Shown: piece by piece, positions 37,121 through 49,516 of the stretch
Numbering within the stretch: position 1 is the first letter of the stretch
How the letters are laid out: each line of letters starts with the position of its first letter
From: Fistulifera solaris
Taxonomy: Eukaryota
DNA: 64,000 nucleotides
Reading direction: 5' to 3'
Assembly (NCBI GenBank): GCA_030295235.1
Contig: AP026129.1
Coordinates: 744,001 to 808,000, forward strand
Notes under the pieces: model-generated
Databases searched by the model: none
Seen by the model: the letters and a program-made list of their open reading frames with translations, nothing else
What the model was told of the DNA's origin: nothing
Program-made: the position numbers and the translations under genes

Positions 37121-38540
37121 ATGAAACGTCTGCAAATATTGGCACTGGCCTGTTCTTCGTTGACTCTGCGACGACACAGTGCCGCATTCATCCTGGAAGC
37201 AAAACGATTTTATCGTCGTGATCGCGTGTGGTTCACCAGCCAGCGCGACGATGATGCCTTTATTCGTCGCCAAAAAAGCGGCGGGGGCCAATACCAAGAT
37301 TCAGTCGGCTGTAGAACATGTAGAGTTGCAAAAGAAAGTCTTTAATGAAATGTCCGATGCCTTCGCTTCGGGGAGCACCCTATCCGACGACTTGCTGCCG
37401 GTCTACGAATATCTGGCCGATCAAATTGCGCGTCGTTTTAATACTACTACTACACCCGTCCGCATCTTGGATGTGGCGTGTGGAACGGGGGCATTGTTCC
37501 CATTCTTGGCGAGTCGATTCGATTCGTTAGATCTGGTTGGTGTGGATGTATCCCCCAACATGGTGCAAGGAGCGCAACAATTTGCTCAGAAAATCATGCA
37601 AGGCTATCCAAAGATTCAAATCAATGTGATTGAAGCCGAATTTTCAATGTACGAGTCTCCAGATCTGTTTGATGGCATTGTTATGAACGCTTGTTTTGGG
37701 AATTTTTGGAGCGGCCTGGAAGTTTTAGAACGAGCTGCCCAGTTGTTAAAGCCACCCGTTCCACAATCTCCAGGAGGATTTTTGTTCATTACACATCCAC
37801 TCGGAGCTGAATTTGTGGCCCAACTGCACCAAGAAACCCCCGAAACGGTACCTCATTGTTTGCCCAATCACGAACAATTGATTCACATGACACGCTTTTT
37901 GCCTCTGCAGTTGATCGAATTTCAACAACGTGTTTCTGTACAAGGTGAGGCGCAGCCTTTTTATTGTGCGACACTGGAACGGGTGCGTCACTGTTGTTTG
38001 CCGCAATTAATGCGCTTCCGGGGTCCTGTCGCGAGTGGGTACGGTAGAGGAGGGAAGAAATTGGGGTTTCCGACCGCCAACTTGGAACCTGCCGTGTTCC
38101 GAAAGGCGCTAGAAACAGTCTCCACGGGTGTCTACTTTGGATGGGCTGTGATCGAAGGACGCAATGCTTGTCACAAAGCCGTGGTGAATGTGGGAATATC
38201 TCCGACGTTCGAAGGAGCTGAAAATGCAGAAAAGATTATAGAAGCGCATTTGTTGTTGGAGGAACCTATCGACGACTTCTATGGTGAAACGATGCGGTTG
38301 CAGCTGCATGGATTTTTGCGTCCAGAAACCAAGTTCGATTCATTTTCCGCTCTAGTGGCACAGATCGCTGCGGATGCGAAGGAAGCTAAGGAAGCTCTAG
38401 ATTTACGTCCGTATGTGACGTTGAAAAGCGATACATTTTTAGAGAGGAACAGCCCAACGTGGATAGGAAATAGTGGAGGCGATGGCCAAGCCAGCTGGGA
38501 ATTCCAACACACAAACGAAGCAATTGAGGAAGCTTCATAA
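37121..38540 (+). CDS. Class I SAM-methyltransferase - riboflavin kinase fusion, plastid-targeted
   Basis: Signal peptide ending SAAF (needs one frameshift near 37272-37288); MTase ILDVACGTG, GVDVSPNMV, FDGIVMNACFGN; RFK GYGRGGKKLGFPTANL, GVYFGWA, NVGISPTF, IEAHLL, DFYGE, FLRPETKFDS; the two domains share one ORF. Confidence 0.88.
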
Positions 38541-38643
38541 AGTGATTCTCCGAGCTCATAGTCACACTCATGACACAAGTAAAGAAACATTCGCTATGCA
38601 TTTTTTAACCATTTATTATAGCCTATCAGGATCGTTGACGAAC

Positions 38644-40543
38644 CTAAAATGATTGCTTGTCGCGGACCTGACGATTTCTTGCAGCAAGAGCTTTTCCAGC
38701 AGCTGCACGTCGTTTTCTGGCCCCATCTTCGTCCAGTGCAGCCTCGGCTGCAATTTTGTAGAGCTCGTGGAATGTAACCGCCGAATAGACTGAACCTACC
38801 AAGTCGTTGATTGTTTTCCTGCCTTTCACAATTTCCATTCCATAATGAATCAATTCACAGGCGTCATCTCCGCAGATATGAACACCCAAGACACGTCCCG
38901 TTTTGCGATCAAACACCAATTTCAAAAGACCATTCGGACTAAATACACGCCCTCTCAGACATTCTGCATAAAGTGCCATACCCTCACTAGCATCGACGCC
39001 CAGTGCTTTAGCCTGGGTTGTACTAAGTCCGTAAAAGGCGGCTTCGGGACTCGTCCAGACTCCAGTTGGAAAGGCAAAAGGATTTGACGCCAAAGAAGCA
39101 GGGTCAAACGAATTTCCTGCTTGCCCCATTCCATTCTGTACACAAGTTGGATCGCTCACGTCGCATTGTGGACTATCTACCCCGAGGATACGGCTCAATG
39201 CTGCTTGTGCTTGTGCAACACCCGTACTCGCCAGGAAGGGACGGCCCACAACGTCACCCGCGGCAAAAACATTGGGTCGGGTCGTCTGCAAGCAATCATC
39301 GACCAAGACACCCTGCCGAACCGAATACAAAGATCACGGTGAGGTGAAAGTGGTACAGGTCGAATGCGCTGACGGTAAAACTTGTGGTAAAACTTACTCC
39401 GTAACGGTCTACATCAATACCTGCTGCTTGAAGATTGAGACCTGCCGTATTGGGCGTTCTTCCCACAGCCGCCAAGTAAATATCGCACGACAGTTCGGTG
39501 GGGGTACCCGTCGGCAATGCGCCCCCACCATTGGCTTCCAAGTGAATTTTAATGGGTGCGCGAATATTTTCGGATGCCTCGGGCGGAACACTAAACGCCT
39601 TGACCTGTGCGCCCTTTTGAATACGAATTCCGGAACGTATTAAATCGGCGACCAGCATCGCCGAGACATCTTTATCGAGACCGACTTTCATCAGTGCGTT
39701 ACGAGGAACTTGATCTCGGATGATCAACGTGACTTCTGCCCCCAAGTTACGAAAGATTTTGGCGAATTCCATGGCTACAATACCGGACCCCGTGATGGCG
39801 ATGGATTTCGGGAGAAACTTGAGTGCATTGATCGAGTCTGAGTCAAATATTCGTTTGCCATCAAACGGGATTCCGAGGGGACGAAAGGGCTTGGATCCGG
39901 TTGCAATGAGAATGTTTTTCGCTGGCACGACATCTACTTGGACGGAATCATCAAAGACACTGGTAGCATCCGGGTGTACCACGATACGATCGGTTTCACC
40001 AGAGTCACTGAACCGCGCAAATCCTTCCATGACTGTGACGCCCGCTTGACTGAGTTGACGGCGCATATCATCGGCATTGGAATGCGCGAGATCCACACAA
40101 GAATTAATGATTTCATTCCACACGGAATCTTCTCGTAACCCCATGCCCCGGAGTGTCGAGACCTTGATGCGTTTCCCCGTATCACGAAGGGCTTTGGAAA
40201 AGAGACCGGATGGTGCTCCCAACGATAAATCTTCTCCGGTGCCTTCATTCATTAACATAGCCGATGCACGTGGTGCATCAATCAGAATGACTTTCTTCTT
40301 GTTTCCGTTTTTGCCTTGTGCCGCCAAGAGAGCCGCCTGCACACCAACGATGCCTCCACCGATGACAGCTAAATCATAGTTGTCATAAACAGTAGCCTTG
40401 ATGTACCGTTGTAATCGAGCCGAGTCGGTGCGGGCGAGGAAGGCATCGGAATTACAAAGGAGTGATAAAGTGACAAGTACAAGTAGTAGATTTACGGTGA
40501 GTCGCCTCGTCCGACGGCCAACAAGTGTGGAAGCTAGAGTCAT
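38644..40543 (-). CDS. Soluble pyridine-nucleotide transhydrogenase (SthA/UdhA)-like flavoprotein, plastid-targeted, 2 exons
   Basis: YDLAVIGGG, SKALR, ILIATGSKPFRP..IPFDGKRIFDSDSI, ITGSGIVAMEFAKIF..LG, AAVGRTPNT, AAGDVVGRPFLAS, LLKLVFD...LGVHICG..ACELIHYG; intron 39313-39397; leader ending SDAF. Confidence 0.82.
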
Positions 40544-41233
40544 ACGCAACATTAAAAAAGGCAGGGTTGAATTCTCCGAAGAATGCACTGCTTACTTGTT
40601 CATTTGCAGGTTGAGGAAGGAGGATTTTTCTTTGATCGACTTTTCTTGATGTTGTTGTGTTGGCGTTTTTATCTCTCGTTGCGCGAGAAAAGTTGTCAGG
40701 CGGGGGCTGACGCGAACCGTGAATCAAAGATATAGCTTTGATTCCGGGATTGATGACATCCTCCGCTCACACTCTAACTGAGAGTGGGCAGAGGCGGCCA
40801 AATCAAAGAGGGAGAACTTTCGTGATTCAATCCAAAAATAGCCTATGAATACAAAATACTCGCTCATTGGTTTGCAAAAGTAGTGTTGACGATTACCGTT
40901 TTACCATTCAGCTTCATTCGTAAATGTTGGCCACAATTCCCGGCATTGGATTCGAGTTGAGTCACAGCAAAGTCGATGCTGCACGTTTAACAACGTTTAC
41001 TTGTACACGACCTTGGACCTAAAAACTTATCCCTAGCCGACAAAACATATCTGCCTGACGACAGACACACCACCCACCAACGATAACGAACCGTCCGTTC
41101 GTTCACCATGCATGATGATAGGCGACGATGATGAGAAATGAGTAATGAGTTTTTGATTGAGAGATCCTCGTCGTCGCAAATTATTTTTCGAACCATTACT
41201 ACATATAGCAGAAACCAGCTTACGTCCTCTCAA

Positions 41234-42259
41234 TATGTTTCAAACAAGTCGGAGTTTTGTGCAAAAAACCGCTCTGTTTTGCGCCAAACACAGACCGACC
41301 TTGGTGCGATCTTTGCAATCCACATTCTCTAGCCAACCACAGCCACAGCGTTTGCCTCCCAATCTAACGTTTGATCCACGGTCTTCCTTTGTCACGCCTC
41401 AGAAAGATCTGCGGTTTGTGACGGAAAGTGAAAGTGAAGCAGAAGAAGACGACGGCGAAGAAGAAGAAGAGGAACTGGTGGTCGTCCCCGAAAAGGTCGT
41501 GTACGCCGTGCCCTTGCCGGAACGATTGCACGTCAAAGTACACACACTCTTTCCTGTAGCAATCGATGATGACGAAGAAAGAGACGACGCGAATCAAGTA
41601 GGATCTGTTTGGTTAAATGAGGCGGTTTTTGGATGTGACCCCATTCGGGTAGATTTGTTGAAGCGTGCTGTCGATTATTATCGCGCCAAAAGAGAGGTCG
41701 TCGAAAGGCTGTCACCAAGACGATTGGTGAAGTTTCGGGTAGTGGACGAAAACTACGACGACAGAAAGGAACCGGACAGGCACGAGTGGGACATTCGCGG
41801 CCGCCCCATTTCCGGGGAGGAGCCAAAGCGCACGGCCCTAAGAATGTGACCGATTATGGCAATACCAAATTGAACAAGAAAGTGCGTCGGCTTGCACTGA
41901 TGAATGCATTGTCGCAAAAATTGAAGGAAGGAAATTTGATGCTCATTAATCAGTTCTACGACTTGCCATCACATAAGACGAGTCAGTTGGTGCGATTGCT
42001 CGCTCCGTGGAACATTGGAGCGAAACAAGATGGTACTTCTGCTTTCATTTTAGACCATTATTATCCAGAAAATGAGGAGCACGAAGCTACGCCGTACAAT
42101 GGGGTTCCCTTGAACCTATTCTTGGCGTCTTCGAATGTGCCAAACGTTAAAGTCGGCAATCAACATTCGATCAACGTCTATGACATCTTGAAGCATGAAA
42201 AGTTAGTGCTCACGCTTGCTGTATTGCAGCAACTCGAACAAAGACTCAGCAAATTATAA
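41234..42259 (+). CDS. MRPL4: Mitochondrial ribosomal protein uL4m (one frameshift near 41690)
   Basis: Presequence-like N-terminus; VFG..PIRVDLLKRAVDYY, GHSRPPHFRGGAKAHGPK, KLNKKVRRLAL..ALSQK, INVYDILKHEKLVLT. Confidence 0.88.
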
Positions 42260-42608
42260 ATTGTGTCAATGCGAATCGACTTTTTCTGGCTCAAAGTTTT
42301 AAACGATGTAGTCATGAAGGTAATATTCAAACTTACGCTATTAGCTTTTTATTTTCGTGTCGAAACTTTATTAAAACAAGGCGGCGCGGAAACGCTACAA
42401 GAAGAGAGAAAGTGAGAGACGATATTTGACTTGAATCAAAAACGACTTTGCACGAGCAGCCTGTCAACCTTGCCTTTTGTCGATTGTCAAAACAAATCTG
42501 CATGGTGCATGGATGTGCCTAAATAAACAGTGGGACAAAAGTGTGAAACACAGGAGCACAGAACAATGATATGATTCAGCGAATCGTATTTGAAGCCGTG
42601 CTTTCAAA

Positions 42609-45022
42609 CTAACTGGGAGATAATACCCAACTTGTACCTTCCTGTGTCTGCTGTTTGTTCGCATGTAATTCCTTGCGAAGGCTCATGAGCTCTGCCAAAT
42701 AGCCAGCCAGCATGTCATCAAGAACCTGCTTACGCCCTTCCAACGTCCGTATTTTCGCTCGCAAATCAGGGCACTGCTGGTTGGAGAGCAGCAGTACTTC
42801 TTCGTCAATGTCTCGAATGGATTGATCAATCTGCTCGTTCTCCATCAATTGCTTTCGTAACAATCGTTGTTGCTTTGAAATAACATTCTTGTGGTGGGCA
42901 ACTGCTCTACTTCGTAACGCTTCTTCCTTTCGTTTCTTCAAAAGGGCGCGAGTACTTGCTTTCGATTCTTTCGAAGACCCAAGACTCGAAGTCATTTCCA
43001 AATTGGCACCATCGTTCAGGTCCTCCATGGTCTTATCGACGGTGTCTCGAAGCAAACTCGTTAGCCCCGCTTTGTCCAAACGCTGCAGTTTCGGACCAGA
43101 CTCAAAATTTTTTAGCTTGGAAAGTGTCAAATTTTGCAATTCAGTAATCCGTTGCAAGAGCGATGGCTCGTGGCAAAGAAGGGGGAGATTTTCTCCTGCA
43201 GGTTCCAATGGTGGATCATCGGGTCGAAGTCGAACGTCGTCGCTGCTATCGTCGTCCATCGACATGTCGCTAGAATGCTTTTCGCCGGTTTCAACGGCTG
43301 GATCGTCTTCTAGAACAGTGTCCACGAAACGAACTTTACCAGGAGGTCCCGACGAAGTTATCCGCTCAAAGAGGAGGCAATCAAGTCCGCCTTTCAGAAG
43401 CGCATTGATTGGGTCAGGGCTTTGTCCTGATTTGGTCTTGGCCTCTTGTAGCGCTTTTCTTTTTTGCAGCGAGTGTCATTTGCAATTTAGCCAAGCGAAG
43501 TTTGGCTTTTGCCTCCTCTAATGCTTTGGACACCGACTTTTTTAGGAACGGAAGCTGGCACGATTGTTTCTTGGAGATCGTTTTCAACGGCAAACTCAAC
43601 AGTAGGCGACGATAGGGCAGGACCACTGGTGACAGAGTCGTTGGGTAAAGATGCCTTCGGCCGCTGAGTGTTATCAGATGACATTGCGGAATCAGTTGCT
43701 ACAGAGTGGTTCGGTAAGGATTCTTTCAACCAATGACCAGCAAATGATGAATCCTTAGTTGTTGTAACTGAAGACCAGGTAGCTTCTGATTGCGCATTTG
43801 CGTTGGGTTGTTTTGTGATTTCTGGTAATATAGTATATTCTTTTGATCGCGACATGACAATGTCTTGAGCGCGACGCATCAGCCTGGTTCTCTTTTCAAC
43901 AACCTCCAAATTCGGCAAGGTATAGTTTCCTCTTTGTTCGACTTCTCGTATTTTTTCGCAAGATATTTCGAGATCTCGAAATAAAGCCTCTTCAGGCATA
44001 CCTTTCGAGAGAGCACTTTCATATCTTTGAATTAAATATTCCAACACGGCCATTTCCTGATCCAGTTCATCGTCCACGGGATCCGAGAACTGACCACTCG
44101 TCTGGGACGCACTACTGCCCGCTTCATTAGCTGTTTCCGGGACAGTGGCTTCTTCGGTTGTTCCTTCCGTTGCGTCTTTACAATTCTTGCGCTCCTGCTG
44201 TCGCTTACGCTTTCTCCGATTTCGAGCCGTCCTCGATCCCTCCTGTTGCTCTTGCAGTGAAGGCGCACTTGCGGCCCCCGTTTGTACCTGCGATGGTGCT
44301 GACGGAGCATTGGGAATGACATATTCCGAAGGTGTGACTGTCTTGTGCGATGGTGGCGGTGGAGGAGGTATTTGCGGAACGGAATTTGATTCCAAAAGAT
44401 GTTGCGGCGCAGGAGCGGTCGTGTAGGAATGACTCGACTGCGTCACAAAAGGTGCTCCTTGGTGAGACGTGCTGTAGGGACCTGCACTCATGGCTCCCAA
44501 ATTCGGAAACTGCTGATTCCCGTGTATATTGGCGTTTGTTGGCAAAGCTACCGGTACTGATGGCCAATGAGATACGGGAACTCCCAAATGAAACGAATTC
44601 ATTGGCGTTGGAGGTTTAAGAGGCGGGGGAGGTGGAGGAAGGTTGGTAAAGCCTCGAGCAATTCCAGGAGGATAAGTAGGAGTGAAAGTCGGTTGTGGCC
44701 ATGGAGATGAAGCATTACTCATGGCAGCCCAAGTATTCTGCTGTGAAGTGGGTAAAGCTACGGATAGAGTCTTAGTCGTCGGTACTCCCCATCCAAGATC
44801 ATGTTGGTATTGCAGCGTGATGTTGTGATGTGCAGGGGGTGGAGGAGGCGGCGGCGGTGGTGGCGCGGTGAAGTGCGTATTTTCCATCGGCGGACGAATG
44901 GGTGGCCTCACATTGGCAGGCATGCCGGGTGGCGGTGGATGCTGAAAAAACATCGGGGAATCGTTATTGCCGGGCGCTCCCCATGACTGCTGCTGCGTTC
45001 CTGAGTTTTGCGCCTCACTCAT
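42609..45022 (-). CDS. Hypothetical Pro-rich / coiled-coil nuclear-like protein (frameshift near 43600)
   Basis: Poly-Pro N-terminus, NLS-like RNRRKRKR, coiled-coil C-terminus; no family recognised. Confidence 0.55.
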
Positions 45023-46537
45023 GCTGCAGCTTTACCACGTTTATCCCCACGCGGTCAGCCCTTATTCTGCGTTGTGATACAAACTAGTCCCTGCTCTTGT
45101 TCATCTAGACTATAATCTTTCGGCAGATTTCACGATATTGTCGGTTAATTGTCAATGGCAATTTCGATGATGATTATTGTTGTGCAAGGTGCAAGACACT
45201 ATACAATGGGCCTTGCGCCCTGCGCGGCGGAAATTTGAAACACGAGACGGAAGGACGACGACTCACGACTGGAATGCAGTCGTGCTGAAAGCCCAACTAC
45301 GGACCACATTAGAAATAAACAAAAATAAAAACTTGAGAATTTAGATTGCGGGTAGACTAAGAGTTGGTGCTGGGCGCAGGCCAAGAGAAAACAAAGCGAA
45401 AAGAGGAAATAAAAAAGGAGACCGTGTCAACCTTGTTAAATATCTCAAACATAACAGCCTTGTTGCAAACCTCAACAAGGCAAAAGAGAAGAGAGCGCAA
45501 ATTGAGGCATTAACTATCTCTAAAAATTCTAAGTTGGCCATTTGCCATTGTCTAGGCAACTTGCAGCACAATCTCCAATGGCCGATGGTTGTCAACATCC
45601 ATAACTATGACAGGCCCGACAGACGACGACAGACACGCTTCTTCACCCTTTACCCTTCACCCTTCCCTTCCTCGCTTTTTTCTTTTGTGTTCTGTCCGGC
45701 GTTTTTGGTTTCTTCGGACTTAGGACAGATTGGAGGCATCAAGTTCGTCGGCGTTTCGGAGTAAGACGTACAAGGTAAACGTAAAACCCCCAGGCCCCAG
45801 GGAACGGCGTTAAAATTCTGCCTCGTCGTAAACGCTACGTAGAATCTTGTACTGGGAGGCAGAATTTTAACGTCCTTCCCAGCACCAAGTCGCCACCGCC
45901 ATTTGGCATTGAGGCATCGAACATCGGACATGGACATTGGACATCGGCAATCGGCAATCGACAAGTTCCACCCACTTTCTAGAGAGTCGATACTAGCCAT
46001 GTCGACGTTTCGTTGATATGGCTAAATTACACTCGTACTGACAACGGAGAATGCTATTAAAGACGGAAGATAAATGCTGATGCTATGGGCTACGGTGTAC
46101 TCTGAATCTGATCGTAGTTTTCCTTGGTAGAAGGACGAATCATGAGCTTTCTGCTCTCTGGACTCTGGATGGTACTGTTTTTCCAGTCAAGAGTTCAGAG
46201 AGAGACTTTCGACTTTCGACTCTCGAGATTCGAGACCAAGAGTTTGAAATATAGTAGGTCCTCCGTAGTAAGGAATTAGGCATTCGGTCTATGGCCTATG
46301 AACGATGAGCTATGTACAAGTACTCTAAATAACGGCGCCAACCGCCAACCACTTACTGTATACTATTCGTCAACTACCAGTACCTTCTGTCTCCGAGACT
46401 TATTTGACCGCCGTAACTAAAGCAAAACACAGCGAAAATGTCGGCTGAAACCCAAACCCCGAGCCCGAGCAGGTGAAGAATGAGAAAGAAATCATGATGA
46501 TGCATGAACACAAATTCGGGAGCGAGCAATTCCAAAC

Positions 46538-47395
46538 ATGTCAACCGATGCAACGACACGCACAGTCTACCGCGACTTTCTCTTCAAGGACCTCCTTCAA
46601 GTCAAGAGTGAAATCAAGATAGCCGAGGGAAATCGAAGGGGACCCCGAGGAGGCGTTACGGAGCCATTCCCCTCTAAGCTATATGCTTTGATTGAAGATT
46701 CACATTCCAAAGGAATGAGTCACATCATTTCGTGGCAAGTTCATGGACGCTCTTTCGCGATCCACGATCTCGATATGTTCGCACGCGAGTTACTTCCGAA
46801 ATACTTTCGTCAAAAAATGTCTTCCTTTAAAAGGCAGATGAATTTGTACGGCTTTCGTCGGGAACTTGCTGGAACGGACTATGGGTCGTACTACCATGAA
46901 CTTTTTCTTCGTGGAAGGCCGGATTTAGCCTCAATCATGCGCCGTACTGGCCTGGGGGTTTCTGAAGGATGGCGTCCCTACCAAGGCGAAGAAGATCCCA
47001 ACTTTTACGCTTATTCTTTCTGTCCGGATCTTTCATCTAGTGGACATAATGTGGTCTCAGATACTTCGGATGCCTCTGATCAATCTTCCAGCGCCTCGAG
47101 CGACTACCAAGCTGCTGACCAACAGCAAGAACTGCCGGTACAACAGAAATTAATTGAGCCATTTTTGACCGCATCACAGAATGTACCGTGTAGCATCATT
47201 TTGCGCAAGCGTTTCGATTTCCTTGACCCCAAAGTAACTTCCCAGACTGTCTCCCTCGCAACGGAAATAAACAAAGCATCTTCATTTGTGGACGAGTTCG
47301 CCTCAGACATCTCGGAAGCAATGGGAGAGACAGAGGACTTCGACTTGTGTGCAATAGAAAGCCTACTGGCTTGTGAGTCGCTTTCGTTTCACTAA
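46538..47395 (+). CDS. Heat-shock transcription factor (HSF DNA-binding domain)
   Basis: RGGVTEPFPSKLY, ISWQVHGRSF.IHD, LPKYFRQKMSSFKRQMNLYGFRR, YYHELFLRGRPDL. Confidence 0.92.
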   Translation: MSTDATTRTVYRDFLFKDLLQVKSEIKIAEGNRRGPRGGVTEPFPSKLYALIEDSHSKGMSHIISWQVHGRSFAIHDLDMFARELLPKYFRQKMSSFKRQMNLYGFRRELAGTDYGSYYHELFLRGRPDLASIMRRTGLGVSEGWRPYQGEEDPNFYAYSFCPDLSSSGHNVVSDTSDASDQSSSASSDYQAADQQQELPVQQKLIEPFLTASQNVPCSIILRKRFDFLDPKVTSQTVSLATEINKASSFVDEFASDISEAMGETEDFDLCAIESLLACESLSFH

Positions 47396-47585
47396 CATTG
47401 TCTTTGATGATACCATTTCCTTAACCAATGATAAGAAACTTTTTCTGAATTACTGACAGCCCTTTGCAGTCATCAAGTTGACTCCGTATTTAACGCTTGC
47501 CTTGCTGCAACTAAAGAAAAATGGTTCAGGTCTCTTACGGTCATCATAAACTTATGACCGTATTGTCACAACCTAATTGCTGTTC

Positions 47586-49129
47586 TTAGTGTTCTTCTGT
47601 CGTCATCCGGTTGCCCCCTGAATTTCGCGTCCACTCTTTTGGAACATCAGAATGTGTGATATCTGTCCCTCCGAGTACTTTTCGAAATATTTCCGAAGGA
47701 ACGGCTTGTTTGAATTGCCAGAATACGCCTTGCGAAACGAAGCCTCCCTTGCAGGCATCTTGAAAGACGGCGACTGCGAAATCTTTATCTTCCCAGCAAT
47801 GATGCATGCATGCCTTTAACACCGCACCGAATGTTCGATGGTCTGCTTTATTGCTATCCAAGACTTCGCGATACAATTGTTTCACTAACTGAATCGCTTC
47901 CAGGTTCATGTCGGATGCAGCACAGCAGTTGAGCAAATTGATGTATGTGATTCGATTGGGTCTCACGCAATCATCTAACATTTCTAGAAAAACACGATAG
48001 GCCTTTTGTACCTTGTCGGCATCCTTGGATAAAGCATACCCATGTATGACCGTCGCGTACGAAACACAATTGGGCTGAAACGATGCATCATTCGTGCGCA
48101 TGTAGTCGTCTTTCATCTCGCGAAGCAATGCCATTGCTTTGTCGGGTCTCCCTGTTTTGCTCCAAGCATCCATGCACGTGGTGTACGAGCGCCCATTGAC
48201 TAGCGTATGATTGGACTTGTCGATCATCTCACGAAGTAACTCCTCGGCGCGATGGCCGGCCTGTGGTTCGCCGGACAAAGCAATCGCATGCAGCACGGAA
48301 TTGTACGAAATAGTATCCGGTGCCATGGGCATACCTTCTTTCAACAAAGTCACACATCGATCGGCTGCTTCCGCTCCGCCGACTTTCGACCAGGCCGCCA
48401 GTACGATGTTGTAAGCAATGAGGTTGGGTCGCAAAGCTTCATCGCCCGTCCTTTCGTACTTTTTCTGTAGCTCGTGCAAGAGCTGTTCGGTTTTTTCCGC
48501 CGCCACTTGATTTCCGATCCGAGCATAGGCGTCGATCACTGTGCAATAGCTCCGACTGTTGGGCTTGACCAATACGGCGGGAGGCCCCTTGGATATATCT
48601 TCATCGTCCAAGGAACCTTCTGTAAGAGCATCGTACCATTTTTGATTGGCAAGCTTTTGCTCCGCATAGAGTTGTTCCATTTCTTGTAAGAGTCGCTGTG
48701 CTTGCAAAGCCGCCGAAAATCGACTCGAACCTTCCAAGGGAACGGGAGACAACTTGGCAAACACATTGAGAACGGAATTGTAGGCGACGGTATCGGGTGC
48801 CTCCATCGACCGTAACAAGTTGAGCGCCACTTTCACTTGATATAACGAAGGTCGACCCGCATTTTGTTTTGTTAAATTCGCTAGTTCCAGATTGATGCGG
48901 TAGGTTTTGCGGTCGGATCTTTGTCGGTCGCTTTTTGGTTATCTTTGGAAGGTTTGGTGCGGTCGCTCGAACGAGAGGCATTGAGTCGAGTTGTCTGCCT
49001 TGTGTATTGCAGAATAAAGAAAGTGGAGGGCCGCAGTCTCGGATATTGTGCGAAATTCAAAGCATCGGAAGAAATAAGACAGAAGCTGATCACTATCGCG
49101 AGTGATTTTGGTATCCAATGAAGACATCG
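47586..49129 (-). CDS. Pentatricopeptide-repeat protein, probably plastid-targeted (frameshift near 48870-48890)
   Basis: Repeated PDTVAYNSVLN, PNSRSYCTVIDAYAR, PNLIAYNIVLAAWSK, PDTISYNSVLHA, PNCVSYATVIHGYA; signal-peptide-like leader; start approximate. Confidence 0.85.
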
Positions 49130-49516
49130 ACCGAAGACGTTCATTTTGCTCCGTTCGAGCTTCAAGTGGTCGATGTCAAAAGCCGGTGTTTAATGAAAAT
49201 GACTCCCAAGACGCCTTCGACTTCAATGAGTTTCGACAGATAAGCTTGCTAATTGGTCAAGCGATTAACAACTAGGCAACGAAAAAGAATGACATAGAGA
49301 ACGGTTTCATGGTGATGGTCGAACGAGAGACGAGGTGCGCTGCTGATGCAGAGAACGAAGAACTATATCCCTCGTGGTACTTCTCATGAGAAACTAAGAT
49401 GATGACGTTGTATACGTATAAAAGCTAGGCTCTAACAAAAGGACGGGACGATAAACAGTTGAAGGCGAGCTCCTTTGGTAAAGCTACTACATTATTTTAA
49501 CATGTAATTTAACTAA

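Noticed and set aside
3333..40543. Window-wide flavin/vitamin gene cluster (ACAD, 'lumazine-binding' protein, BioA, RFK, SthA)
   Set aside because: The genes are spread over ~37 kb among unrelated housekeeping genes, and 'lumazine-binding' is only a fold-family label.
45345..46000. Separate gene(s) in the long region upstream of the HSF
   Set aside because: The stop-free plus-strand frame has no early ATG or recognisable motif, and the heptamer-like repeats near 45915-45960 are low complexity. There is too little evidence for a call.
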